DNA from: an uncultured Desulfosarcina sp.
GTDB taxonomy: Bacteria > Desulfobacterota > Desulfobacteria > Desulfobacterales > Desulfosarcinaceae
Reading direction: 5' to 3'
Length of the DNA: 64,000 bases
NCBI GenBank assembly: GCA_963674945.2
Contig: CAXXWQ010000002.1
Location: 480,001 to 544,000 of the forward strand
Shown here: positions 20,404-30,196 of the stretch, one piece after another
Layout of the letters: every line of letters starts with the position of its first letter
Position numbering within the stretch: position 1 is the first letter of the stretch
Made by a program: the position numbers and the translations under genes
Notes under the pieces: generated by a model
What the model was told of the DNA's origin: nothing
The model's database searches: none
The model's input: only the letters and a program-made list of their open reading frames with translations

Positions 20404-23400
20404 TCACATCACCGCTCCTTCGATGGCCCCGAACATGCCCCGGTGGGTAAATCCCGCCACCATGGACGCGCCGTTGGGACAGACCGTGGCGCAATCGCCG
20501 CAACCCTGGCACATAACGGGGTTGACTTCCACACGGCGACCCTCCTCATCGAGAAAGCGTGCATTGTATGGACAGGTATCCACGCATCGCAGGCAAAGGG
20601 TACACAGGCCATGGCGAACCAGGGCCGTGTTCCGGGCCCTGGGCAGGTGCTGTGCCGCCAGCAGGGAAAGAGCGCGCCCGGCTGCGGCCTCGGCCGTGGC
20701 CACGGTTTCGGGAATGGATCGGGGAGAGAGGGCGAGGCCGCAGGAATATACGCCGGCCATCATCGATTCCACGGGACGCCATTTACTGTCCGACTCCAGA
20801 AAGAAGCCATCCGTGTCCCGCGCAATGCCATATCCCATTGTCAGTGCTTCGGGTAGATTCGGCACGATCCCGGTGGCCAATACCAGTAAATCGGCACCGA
20901 TTTCCACAGGTGCGTTCAAGATGGGGTCAAAAAGTCCGATGGTGACGGGCTTTTTTCCGGCAGACGCGATGTCGACCCGTGGCGTTTTGTCCGGACGGTA
21001 TTGAAAGAAGAGGATCCCCTGTCTGCGTGCCTCGGTGTACCATCGTTCCGTCTGACCACAGGTCATCATATCCCGATAGAGGACGTAGACTTCGATTTCC
21101 GGCCGTTGCCTCTTGAACCACAACGCCTGCTTCAAGGCCGTGGGACAGCACACCCGGCTGCAGTAGTTTCGCGGTTCCTGCCTGGATCCGACACACAACA
21201 TCATGGCCACCGATTCCACCTCATCGACCGACAGCCGACTTTCACGGATGCGAATGGCCAGCTCCTTTTGGGTGACAACCGCCTCACTGGTTCCGTGGCC
21301 ATAGGCGTCGGTGGTCGCCTCTGTTCCGCCGGTGGCAAGGATCACGGCGCCGTGTGCCACCGTGGTCGTCGGTCCCGCCTCGGTTTCGATGGTGGTGAAA
21401 AAGTTGCCGGCCTGACCGAAACCGCCCACGACACGACTTTCCAGCATCGTTTGGATTTTTGGATGGGCATGGATCCGATCCACGATTTCCCGTAAAAACG
21501 GCCCCACCCGATCGCCATCGATGGTCTCCTCGATCCAGGCGAGGTTACCGCCCAACTGCCCCGTCGTTTCCACCAGGGACACATCCAAACCGTGGTCGGC
21601 GATGGCCAGCGCCGCGGTCATGCCGGCGATGCCGCCACCCACCACCAGGACCGCGTCGGTGGCGGCGGTTTTCTGATCCGCCGTGGCGGCGGCATTTTTC
21701 AACCGGGAGATGCCGGCCCGCAACGCACAAAGGCGTGCCGCCCGTCCCTGTTGTTTGGCACCCACCATTTCCACCATGTCGATATAGGCGGGATCCAGGG
21801 CAAGATCCGCGGACAACGCCTTTTTTTTCCTTCGGTAGATCATGGGACGGCAGGCACCCACCAGCACCCGGTTGATGTTGTCTGTGATTCCATCGGCAAG
21901 GGCTTTCATGCCCTGCTGTGTGCACAGTCCTTCGACTTCCACCACCGCTTTCACCGCCGGATCCGATTTCAATGCCTCCAGCCAGAGGTCCGCCGGTTCA
22001 TTTGTCTGCGGTAGGGCGTCGCAACGGCAGACGGCCACGAGGATGGCCGGCGGTGCCTGGTCCACGTCACGGAAATTTTTTGGTTGGACCTTATTTTCAG
22101 CGAGTCCGCCCCCGGCGCGGTGAATGGTTGCAGAGGCGTGAAGGGCGGCCGACGAGGCGCGAATCACCGACCCGGCGATGTCCGTGGGACCGGTCAGGGT
22201 GCCACCGGCAAAGATACCGTCTTGTTTGGTACATGTGCTGGAAAAGGGCAGGGGGCGAATGAAACCATAAGGATCCGTGTCGATCCCGAGTTCCCTGGCC
22301 AGGACGATCGTCTGTGCGTGGGGCCGCTGGCCGATGCTGAGCACCACCAGATCGAAATCTTCCGTGTGGATCTGTCCATCTGCCGTCGTCCACCGCATGG
22401 CCACATCGTCGCCGCCCTGAGACGGGACGATGGAATGGACCCGTCCCCTTACCAGCCGGACGCCCGGTGACGCCACCACCTGTTGGCCATAGCGCTCGAA
22501 GCTTTTGCCGAAGGTTCGCAGATCCATGTAGAGGATGGTGGCCTGAAAGTCATCGCCGACCATTCGTCTGGCCAGTGCCGTCTCCTTGAGGGCGAACATG
22601 CAGCAGATGGTGCTGCAAAAATCGGCGTTGATTGAGCAATCCCGGTTTCCCACGCATTGAATCCAGGCGGCCCGTTTGACCGGTGCCCCGTCAGAAGGGC
22701 GAAGCAGTCTGCCGGGTGTGGGGCCGGTGCCGCTGACCATGCGTTCGAATTCGATACTCGTGACCACGTTGGGCACGACGCCGTACCCCATGGGATTTGT
22801 GCCCGATGCCGCCGGATCGAAACCGGTCGTTCCGGTGGCAAGGACGATGGCGCCGACCGTCTCCTGGTGATATTCCGATTCATCTACGGCTTCGTCGTCC
22901 GCCGCCTGGATGGGCAAGTCTTTATGGCCAATGACCGACAAGTCGATGGCATCGGTGGGGCAGACCGGTTCGCATGCCCCGCAACCGGTGCAGACCTTTC
23001 GATCGATGGTGTAGGTGTTGGGGATGTTATGGGGTACCGGCAGGTAGATGGCCTTGCGTTGGGTGAGATTGACGTTGAAAAGGTCGCCTGCCTCGACCGG
23101 ACAGGCATCGGTGCAAAGGCCACATCCGATACAGCGGTCCGGATCGACGGCTGCTTTGGCCTGGTTCAGGCGGACCAGAAATTTACCGGGTTCTCCCTCC
23201 ACCGATACCAGGGATGTCGAAAGCCGCAGGTCGATATTCTCGTGAAAGAGTCCCTTTCGCAGGCAGGTCTGAAGCCCCTCATCCCTTCCTGCCATGGGCA
23301 GCATCCGGCACATGCCGCACCGGTCCGTGGGAAACTGATAGTCCAACTGGCTTAGGATGCCGCCCGGATTCGGTGCCCGGTCGCACAAAATCACCCGGTA

Positions 23401-23484
23401 TCCGGACTGGGCCAGGTCGATGGCGGCCCGAATGCCGGAGATTCCTGCGCCCACGACCAGGGCCTTTCCGATTTTTTGGTTCAT
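20404..23484 (-). CDS. hdrA: HdrA-like flavoprotein (two FAD domains, Cys-only form)
   Basis: GAGISG, FPTDRCGMC, QCVGNR, FCSTICC, GGGIAG, YCSRVCC, C-terminal 2x[4Fe-4S]. Confidence 0.9.
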   Translation of the reverse strand: MNQKIGKALVVGAGISGIRAAIDLAQSGYRVILCDRAPNPGGILSQLDYQFPTDRCGMCRMLPMAGRDEGLQTCLRKGLFHENIDLRLSTSLVSVEGEPGKFLVRLNQAKAAVDPDRCIGCGLCTDACPVEAGDLFNVNLTQRKAIYLPVPHNIPNTYTIDRKVCTGCGACEPVCPTDAIDLSVIGHKDLPIQAADDEAVDESEYHQETVGAIVLATGTTGFDPAASGTNPMGYGVVPNVVTSIEFERMVSGTGPTPGRLLRPSDGAPVKRAAWIQCVGNRDCSINADFCSTICCMFALKETALARRMVGDDFQATILYMDLRTFGKSFERYGQQVVASPGVRLVRGRVHSIVPSQGGDDVAMRWTTADGQIHTEDFDLVVLSIGQRPHAQTIVLARELGIDTDPYGFIRPLPFSSTCTKQDGIFAGGTLTGPTDIAGSVIRASSAALHASATIHRAGGGLAENKVQPKNFRDVDQAPPAILVAVCRCDALPQTNEPADLWLEALKSDPAVKAVVEVEGLCTQQGMKALADGITDNINRVLVGACRPMIYRRKKKALSADLALDPAYIDMVEMVGAKQQGRAARLCALRAGISRLKNAAATADQKTAATDAVLVVGGGIAGMTAALAIADHGLDVSLVETTGQLGGNLAWIEETIDGDRVGPFLREIVDRIHAHPKIQTMLESRVVGGFGQAGNFFTTIETEAGPTTTVAHGAVILATGGTEATTDAYGHGTSEAVVTQKELAIRIRESRLSVDEVESVAMMLCVGSRQEPRNYCSRVCCPTALKQALWFKRQRPEIEVYVLYRDMMTCGQTERWYTEARRQGILFFQYRPDKTPRVDIASAGKKPVTIGLFDPILNAPVEIGADLLVLATGIVPNLPEALTMGYGIARDTDGFFLESDSKWRPVESMMAGVYSCGLALSPRSIPETVATAEAAAGRALSLLAAQHLPRARNTALVRHGLCTLCLRCVDTCPYNARFLDEEGRRVEVNPVMCQGCGDCATVCPNGASMVAGFTHRGMFGAIEGAVM

Positions 23485-23522
23485 GGTACGCTCCCGTGTG
23501 TAGGTATTCAGGCTGAAGGTGT

Positions 23523-23717
23523 TTAGGCTGACGGAATTTCGCCTTTTTCAGCATTCAATCCAACCATCCCAGCATTATGCAATTCGCTTCCCGATGATTT
23601 CGTTTTTAACGGTGCAATGACGATGGTTCTGGCAAGGCTAGCGGGAGGAAGCTGTATGGCCATTACCGCGACGACCGATAACGCAGTCCAGAACCATTGT
23701 CGTTGCACCGTTGTCAT
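23523..23717 (-). CDS. small hypothetical protein with signal-peptide-like N-terminus
   Basis: ATG overlaps upstream stop (ATGA at 23714-23717); hydrophobic WFWTALSVVAVMAI then ASLA; fills the only gap in the operon. Confidence 0.4.
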   Translation of the reverse strand: MTTVQRQWFWTALSVVAVMAIQLPPASLARTIVIAPLKTKSSGSELHNAGMVGLNAEKGEIPSA

Positions 23718-24865
23718 CCGATTCCGACGACCTCCTCGTATTCATTTTCCTCGAACCCGCTTAAGGGAGGACGCTGCTCCGCATCCATTCCCGCCTCGTA
23801 TTCGAATGCCTTCTGGGTATGGCGGGCCACATGGGCAAACAGATCGGCCAGCGGGATGTCGTTTGGACAGGCGTTTGTGCATTGGCCGCAGCCCACGCAT
23901 GCCAGGCTCATATGCGCCATGCGGGTCAGGTGAAAGAAAAGGGTGTCCGTTGGCATCTTGATCTCGCCTTTTCTCCTGGCCCACGAAAGGTATTGAAACG
24001 GCTCGTGCCGGAAGGTGTCGGTGGTAAAGACACAAGTGGTGCAGTAGCAGACCGGGCAGGCGACACGGCAATTGTAACAATTGACGCAGTCGGCCAGGTA
24101 GGTGGCGAGTCCTTCGATGCTGCCCGTGGCTTCGGCCACTTCGGCGAATCGTTCCTTCCGGTATTCGCCGTTTCGCTGCATTCGGGCATCGATGGCGGCC
24201 TGTCGAACCTTCGGGTCAGGTTTGACGGCATCGAGATGCAGACGCTCGAGCAGCGATTTACCTTCTTCCGTCTGGGAGTAGATCATCGGCGGATCGTTCG
24301 CACCAATGCCGAAAAGCGTAACGGCGATGTCGGCACCGTCAGGGATCGGGTGGATGCAAAAGCGGCAGGCGGCGGTGACGTGGGGCATTGTGTCATCTGG
24401 CGGTGAATGGCCGAAGGATGCGGCGCAAAAGGCCCGGGTGGCGGCATCCAGGCTTTCATGGCGGTCCGCGAAGGCCCTGAAATCGGTGTTGGACATGGCC
24501 CCGGCGCAGTCGATGCCGATGATCGTCACCGCCTCCCGTTTGCCCTGATTCAATTTGTCTAACTCGATGAATGAACGAATCTCGCAGGGTCGGAGGACGG
24601 CGACCAGCCGCCCCCCGGATGGCTGCCGGGTGAGCCTGGCCAGCTGTTGGGCGGCATTCACCGGAAAGGCCGGCGACAGCGGATCGATGTTACCAAAGAA
24701 GGCCTGGTCCGCTATCAGGGTGGGCATGATCCGGTGTTTCATGGCCAGCCCCGCCGGCACCAGGATGGCGTCCGTGTCCGACTTTTCCATCAACGTGGTA
24801 AAAAATGCCCGAATGTTATCCAACCAGTCACCGTTTTCTTTGCTCATACAATATGCCTGTGTCAT
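23714..24865 (-). CDS. 4Fe-4S dicluster protein, FdhB/FlxC-like
   Basis: LRPCEIR, GIDCAG, CVNCYNCRVACPVCYCTTC, CVGCGQCTNACP; start MTQAY after GGAGGGG RBS. Confidence 0.8.
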   Translation of the reverse strand: MTQAYCMSKENGDWLDNIRAFFTTLMEKSDTDAILVPAGLAMKHRIMPTLIADQAFFGNIDPLSPAFPVNAAQQLARLTRQPSGGRLVAVLRPCEIRSFIELDKLNQGKREAVTIIGIDCAGAMSNTDFRAFADRHESLDAATRAFCAASFGHSPPDDTMPHVTAACRFCIHPIPDGADIAVTLFGIGANDPPMIYSQTEEGKSLLERLHLDAVKPDPKVRQAAIDARMQRNGEYRKERFAEVAEATGSIEGLATYLADCVNCYNCRVACPVCYCTTCVFTTDTFRHEPFQYLSWARRKGEIKMPTDTLFFHLTRMAHMSLACVGCGQCTNACPNDIPLADLFAHVARHTQKAFEYEAGMDAEQRPPLSGFEENEYEEVVGIG

Positions 24866-24876
24866 ACCCCCTCCCA

Positions 24877-25299
24877 TCAGATCACCTTTCTCAAATCTTC
24901 CATTGCCGGTCCCATCTCACGGGTGTGGATCACCAGCTCTCCCATGATACGGGCGAATTCGATGCCGTCGCTGGCGCCGATCCAGGTCAGGCGCAGACGC
25001 CGGTCATCGATGCCGAACCGGGGGAGGATCTCCTTGAGCAGTTTGACCCGTCGCCGGGCCTTGTAGTTGCCGTTGATGTAGTGGCAGTCGCCGGGGTGGC
25101 ACCCGCTGATCAACACGGCATCCGCCCCCTCCAAAAAGGCCTTGATCACGTACTGGGGGTCGACCATTCCCGTGCACATCACCCGGATCAGCCGGATGTT
25201 TTCGGGGTAGGCTAGCCGGGAGGTGCCTGCCAGGTCGGCGGCGGTGTATGTGCACCAGTTGCAAACGAAAGCAATAATTGTGGGTTCGAAAGTCTCCAT
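24877..25299 (-). CDS. mvhD: MvhD/FlxD [2Fe-2S] subunit (Cys form)
   Basis: FVCNWC, MCTGMVD, SGCHPGDCHYINGN, LTWIGASDG. Confidence 0.93.
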   Translation of the reverse strand: METFEPTIIAFVCNWCTYTAADLAGTSRLAYPENIRLIRVMCTGMVDPQYVIKAFLEGADAVLISGCHPGDCHYINGNYKARRRVKLLKEILPRFGIDDRRLRLTWIGASDGIEFARIMGELVIHTREMGPAMEDLRKVI

Positions 25300-25320
25300 G
25301 AAGATCTCCGATTATTGTAG

Positions 25321-25356
25321 AAGTGTTAAAACGTAACACTTAATACTTAACACTTA
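25321..25356. repeat. heptamer tandem repeat forming a hairpin
   Basis: TAACACT-TAATACT-TAACACT (25334-25354) with complementary AAGTGTTA at 25321-25328. Confidence 0.6.
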
Positions 25357-25362
25357 GCCATT

Positions 25363-28300
25363 TCAGCCAACGGCTGAAATGGCTTCCATAATTCCATCCA
25401 GTTCCGCAAACACCTGCTTTCCCTGAAAATGCCGTACCTGCGCCGCATTGGCCGGGCAGGCCGTGCTGCAACTGCCACACCCCTTGCACAGGGCGCCGTT
25501 GACCACGCTCACCTGCCGGCGGGCATCGTAGGAGATGGCGCCGTAGGCGCAAAGATCGATACAGGTCTGGCAGCCCGAGCAGATTTCCGGATCGATCCAG
25601 CTGATGGTCGATGGTACCGAAACGATGCCCCGGGTGGCCAGGGCCAGGGCCTTGGCAGCAGCCCCCGAGGCCTGGGCCACCGTGTCCGGGATATCCTTGG
25701 GACCCTGGCAGGCGCCGGCGATGAAAACGCCGTCCGTGGCCGTGTTCAAGGGACCCAGCTTGGGATGTTCTTCTAAGAAGAACCCATCCATGCCCGGATT
25801 GACGCCGAACAATCGTCCAACGTCGGCAGCGTCGGCGCGTGCTTCCATGGCGCTGCAGAGCACTACCATGTCCACGGGCAGACGAAGCCGTTCCCCCAGC
25901 AACGTGTCCTCGGCGATGGCCACCAGTTTGCCGGCCTCTTCTTCGGATTGTGCCTGATTGGTGATTTCGGCCACCTTGCCCCGGATGAAGATCGTTCCCT
26001 CCTCCTGGCAGCGTCGGTAGAACTCTTCGTATCCCTTTCCGAAACAGCGCTGGTCGATGAAAAAATCGTATACCCGGGTATGATGCCCCACCTTCTCCTT
26101 GATCAGGTGGCTGTATTTGAGGGCATACATGCAGCAGACGCGGGAACAGTAGGGATGGTGGTTGACATCCCGGCTGCCCACGCAGTGGACCAGGGCCACG
26201 GATGCGGGTGGCCGGTCAAATTGGCCATGGGCATCGCGCATGAGGATGCGGCCGCCGGTGGGACCGGTGGCATTGCTGAGCCGTTCAAACTCCAGGCTGG
26301 TGAATACGTTGGCATATCGACCATACCCCAGGGGATGGATGGGGCTCGGGTCCATCAAATCGTATCCCGTTGAAAGGATGATGCTGCCCACCTGAAAGGT
26401 CTCCTCCTGCGGTGTCATGGTATGATCGATGGCCCTGGCCTCGCAGACCGATACGCAGGCCATGCACTCGCTGCAAATCCCGCAGTTGAGGCAGCGAATC
26501 GCCTCCTGCCTGGCATCGGCCTCGTTCATTGCGGCCTCCGCTTCGTCGAAGGTATTCATCCGCGCTCCGGCCGGGCGTTGTTCCGGATGAATTCGCGGAT
26601 GTTTGTGCATCTTTCTGGGGATGGGTGCCCAATCGCTTCCCGGTGCGGACTTCTGCTCGAATTCCTGTGCGAAGGCGTCCAGGTCCTCGCCGGAAAGGAA
26701 TCGCTCCATGGCCTGTGCCGCCCGGTGGCCGGCCGCCACCGCCTCGATCACCGTGGCCGGTCCGGTCACCGCGTCGCCGGCCGCGAACACGTGGGAAATG
26801 GATGTCTGCTGGATTTGGGGATGAACGGCGATGGTGTGTCGGCGCGTCAGTTCGAGTTCTGGTACTTCGTCTGCCCAGGAAAGGTCGGTGCGCTGGCCGA
26901 TGGCCGGGACGATTGTGTCGCAGTCGATGACGAATTCCGAACCTTCCACGGGCAACGGCCGGCGTCGGCCGCTTACGTCCGGAGGTCCCAATTCCGTTCG
27001 GATACACCGGCACCCGGTGACCCTGCCGCCTTCGGCCAGGACCTGTACCGGTGCCGCGAGGAAGACAAGATGGACACCCTCTTCCTTGGCCCCTTGAATC
27101 TCCTCTTCGTAGGCCGGCATCTGTTCTTCGGACCGCCGATAGACGATGGTGACCGAATCGGCACCCAGCCTCATGGCCGTGCGTGCGGCGTCGATGGCCA
27201 CGTTTCCGCCGCCTACCACGGCAATTCGTTTTCCGGGGCATTGCCGTTCGCCCCGGTTGACCGCTCGCAAGAAGGTAAGGGCATCCATCATACCAACGGA
27301 GGTCTCTTCGCCGGGGATTCCGAGAGTGAAGGACCGATGGGCACCGACGGCCAGAAAGACGGCCGAAAATCCCTGGTCGGTCAGATCCGCCAGGGTGAAA
27401 TCCGCTCCCAGTCTGGTGTTGGTGCGGACTTCGATGCCGTGGTCGAGAAGATAACCGATTTCCCTGTCCAGGATTTCCTGTGGCAGGCGATAGTCGGGGA
27501 TGCCCAACCTCAGCATGCCGCCGAGCTTGGAATGGGCCTCGAAGAGGGTAACCTGAAACCCCTTGCACCGCAGATCATAGGCCACCGTCAGCCCGGCGGG
27601 CCCCGAACCCACCACGGCGACCCGTTCGGGTCGATCTTCTATGGTGGGGATTACAAGCGTATCCACGGCCACCATATCGGTGGCAAATCGCTTCAACGCG
27701 CGAATGGCAATGGGTTCATCCACATCACGACGCCGGCACCGGGCTTCGCATGGATGGGGGCATACCCTTCCCAGGACTCCGGGAAGGGGCAGGCGGCGGC
27801 GAATCAGCTCCACGGCTTCGCGATACTTGCCCTGGCCGATCAGCTGGACGTAGCCCTGGACGTTGACGCCCGCCGGGCAGGTAGTGGTACACGGTGCGCG
27901 GTCCTTCTTTTCGATGGTAAAAGTGATGGGGACCGCCTGGGGAAAGGCCCGATAGATGGCCTTGCGGTCGCACAATCTTTCATCCCACTCGCTGGGAACC
28001 GAGACCGGACAGACCTTGACGCATTCACCGCAGCCGGTGCACACGCCTTCTTTCACATAGCGCGGCTTTCGTGTGACGGTCACCGTGTAGTTGCCCACAT
28101 AGCCGGAGACGCGGGTTACCTCGCTGTAGGACAACAGGTGAATGTTGGGATTCTGGGCCACTTCCACCATCTTTGGCGTGCCGATGCAGGCGGCACAGTC
28201 CAGGGTGGGAAAGGTCTTGTCGAACTGAAGCATGTGGCCGCCCACGGTGGTCTGCCGTTCCACCAGATGGACCGTGAGGCCGGCATTGCCGATGTCCAGG

Positions 28301-28770
28301 GCTGCCTGCATGCCGGCGATACCGCCTCCCACAACCATGACATCCGGATGGATCTTTACCGTTCGTGCTTCCAGCTTTTGATGAAAGTTCACCCGGTTGA
28401 TGGCGCCGGCCACAAGGGTCTTGGCCTTGGCCGTCGCCTCGTCTTCATCGGCGGTCACCCATGAGACCTGTTCGCGCACCGATGCCATCTGGAACATATA
28501 CGGGTTCAATCCGGCGCGCTTACAGGCACCCTGAAAGGTTTTTTCATGAAGGCGCGGCGAACAGGAGGCCACCACGACACGGGAAAGGCCCATCTCCCGT
28601 ATGTCTCTTTCGATCATCTCCTGGCCGGGGTCGGAGCACATGAATTTGTAGTCCCTCGAGACGACAACGTTCTTAAGGGTGCGAGCGAAATCGGCGACTT
28701 CGGTTACCCGGACCTTGTGGGCGATGTTGATGCCGCAATGGCAGATGTAGAATCCGATCCTGATTGCCAT
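25363..28770 (-). CDS. HdrA with inserted GltD/NfnB-like pyridine-nucleotide oxidoreductase module (HdrL-like), 1135 aa
   Basis: Start MAIRIGFYICHCG at 28770 (GGAGG RBS); HdrA motifs FPTLDCAAC, HCVGSR, YCSRVCC; insert APCTTTCPAG...GRVCPHPCE...GSGPAG...GGGNVAID...VYRR...AGDAVTGP. Confidence 0.9.
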   Translation of the reverse strand: MAIRIGFYICHCGINIAHKVRVTEVADFARTLKNVVVSRDYKFMCSDPGQEMIERDIREMGLSRVVVASCSPRLHEKTFQGACKRAGLNPYMFQMASVREQVSWVTADEDEATAKAKTLVAGAINRVNFHQKLEARTVKIHPDVMVVGGGIAGMQAALDIGNAGLTVHLVERQTTVGGHMLQFDKTFPTLDCAACIGTPKMVEVAQNPNIHLLSYSEVTRVSGYVGNYTVTVTRKPRYVKEGVCTGCGECVKVCPVSVPSEWDERLCDRKAIYRAFPQAVPITFTIEKKDRAPCTTTCPAGVNVQGYVQLIGQGKYREAVELIRRRLPLPGVLGRVCPHPCEARCRRRDVDEPIAIRALKRFATDMVAVDTLVIPTIEDRPERVAVVGSGPAGLTVAYDLRCKGFQVTLFEAHSKLGGMLRLGIPDYRLPQEILDREIGYLLDHGIEVRTNTRLGADFTLADLTDQGFSAVFLAVGAHRSFTLGIPGEETSVGMMDALTFLRAVNRGERQCPGKRIAVVGGGNVAIDAARTAMRLGADSVTIVYRRSEEQMPAYEEEIQGAKEEGVHLVFLAAPVQVLAEGGRVTGCRCIRTELGPPDVSGRRRPLPVEGSEFVIDCDTIVPAIGQRTDLSWADEVPELELTRRHTIAVHPQIQQTSISHVFAAGDAVTGPATVIEAVAAGHRAAQAMERFLSGEDLDAFAQEFEQKSAPGSDWAPIPRKMHKHPRIHPEQRPAGARMNTFDEAEAAMNEADARQEAIRCLNCGICSECMACVSVCEARAIDHTMTPQEETFQVGSIILSTGYDLMDPSPIHPLGYGRYANVFTSLEFERLSNATGPTGGRILMRDAHGQFDRPPASVALVHCVGSRDVNHHPYCSRVCCMYALKYSHLIKEKVGHHTRVYDFFIDQRCFGKGYEEFYRRCQEEGTIFIRGKVAEITNQAQSEEEAGKLVAIAEDTLLGERLRLPVDMVVLCSAMEARADAADVGRLFGVNPGMDGFFLEEHPKLGPLNTATDGVFIAGACQGPKDIPDTVAQASGAAAKALALATRGIVSVPSTISWIDPEICSGCQTCIDLCAYGAISYDARRQVSVVNGALCKGCGSCSTACPANAAQVRHFQGKQVFAELDGIMEAISAVG

Positions 28771-28798
28771 TTTCCTCCTCCATGGTGGAACAACGGTT

Positions 28799-29224
28799 TC
28801 ATGCCCCGGTGCACAGTTGGTGGACGACACGCAGGAGTTCCTCCGCTTCCGGTGGTTTCTGAACATAGGCTGCGGGCTTGGCCACGGGGCGTCCGTCGGG
28901 TGTCCGGGTCACCCCGAAACATCGTAAGAAGGTGCCGCTGTCCAGCGTGGAGAGCATCACCACGGGAATGTGACACAATTGGCGGTCGGTTCGCAGATAC
29001 TGGCAGAGGCGGATTCCACCTTCGGCAGGGAGCATGGCGTCGATGATGATGAGATCCGGACAGACGTCTTTCGCCTTTTTTAGTCCTTCGGCGAGGTTTT
29101 CGGCGCAGATGGGGCGATAGCCATTGGCGGTGAGCAGATTGGAAAGGAAGATGCAAGTGTCCGGTTCATCCTCAACAACAAGAATGGTTTTGGTTGGCCG
29201 GTCGTTTGCCACCGTATCCCCCAT
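28799..29224 (-). CDS. single-domain response regulator
   Basis: ILVVEDE, DLIIIDAMLP (phosphoacceptor Asp), IPVVMLS, YVQKP; no output domain. Confidence 0.88.
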   Translation of the reverse strand: MGDTVANDRPTKTILVVEDEPDTCIFLSNLLTANGYRPICAENLAEGLKKAKDVCPDLIIIDAMLPAEGGIRLCQYLRTDRQLCHIPVVMLSTLDSGTFLRCFGVTRTPDGRPVAKPAAYVQKPPEAEELLRVVHQLCTGA

Positions 29225-29258
29225 TGATTCGATGCATTTGACTCGTGGTTCCCATCAA

Positions 29259-29274
29259 AGCATGGACCGTGCCA
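29259..29274 (-). promoter_or_regulatory. sigma54 (-24/-12) promoter of the REC-hdr operon
   Basis: Minus strand TGGCACGGTCCATGCT, GG-N10-GC, 34 nt upstream of the first start codon, followed upstream by an AT-rich tract. Confidence 0.75.
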
Positions 29275-29505
29275 GGGTGCGGGTTTGTCTGTAACGACTT
29301 AAATTAATAATATAAATGAGTTGACTCGCGGGGAAAAACAAAAATTACGGATTGCATGTCGACTATGGCGCAACATCGGTCCCATTTGAAATTGAGAATA
29401 AAATATCCAATTAAGGATAGTTACATCGTTTTGATATTTGTTGCATTATGTTGCGCAACAATTGTTGCGTTCCTTTTGTGCCCACCTGGTGAACCACGGT
29501 GGAGA

Positions 29506-30003
29506 TCAGGATGGGGGCAAATGGGGCAGGATGGGCCAACGTTGATCGCCAAGACGAAGCATGAGTCCCATGTCCCCATCTTCCAGATGCTTCGCCATGG
29601 CCATCAGCGCGTGACTGGTGAATCGGACACGTTCGTCTTCTCTTTGCAGATACAAGTGATCGCCCCGGACGAATAATCGGTCGGGATCGAGTTCTACGAT
29701 GGACCCGGTGTTGAGAACCAGCCGAATCGGATTCTCATCGAGGACACGGACGACGAAAAACGGTGTATCCTCATAGGGAAAGTAGACCTTTTCCCGTACG
29801 TCGCCGCGGATTTGGGTGACGAAATAGCCGGCTTCATCCCGACGGATCGAACGATTGAAATAATCGATGATCCGTTTGTGTTCGAAGCGCCCGTGGCGGT
29901 TGTGCCAACGGCCCTGGCCGTCCATCCAGAAGACGGCATCTTCTTTGGCGATGACCACTTCATGCAAGGCGGGCTTGGGCAAAGACGGTTCGGTTTCGTT
30001 CAT
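29506..30003 (-). CDS. hypothetical protein (possibly DUF1285-like)
   Basis: Clean ORF with FWMDGQGRWHN...EKVYFPYEDTPFFV; start uncertain (30003 or 30027). Confidence 0.6.
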   Translation of the reverse strand: MNETEPSLPKPALHEVVIAKEDAVFWMDGQGRWHNRHGRFEHKRIIDYFNRSIRRDEAGYFVTQIRGDVREKVYFPYEDTPFFVVRVLDENPIRLVLNTGSIVELDPDRLFVRGDHLYLQREDERVRFTSHALMAMAKHLEDGDMGLMLRLGDQRWPILPHLPPS

Positions 30004-30044
30004 TCCATTGACATACGATGTAGACAAAACGGGTTACGAACGTT

Positions 30045-30196
30045 TGGATTGGTAAAAAGTCCGATACCGGCGTGACGCTTCATCCTTCGTCACTGCGGCG
30101 TACGATAGGTACGCCTCATCCCTTAAGGACTCGCAATCCTCGATCCCGGGCTTTTTACGAATCCGTCCGAACAGCGACTTTTTACGAGTTCATCAA
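30045..30196. repeat. dispersed palindromic element, type A copy 3 plus extra half-TIR
   Basis: GGATTGGTAAAAAGT ... GCTTTTTACGAATCCGTC with core homologous to 5824-5948; extra GACTTTTTACGAGTTCATCAA at 30176-30196. Confidence 0.85.
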
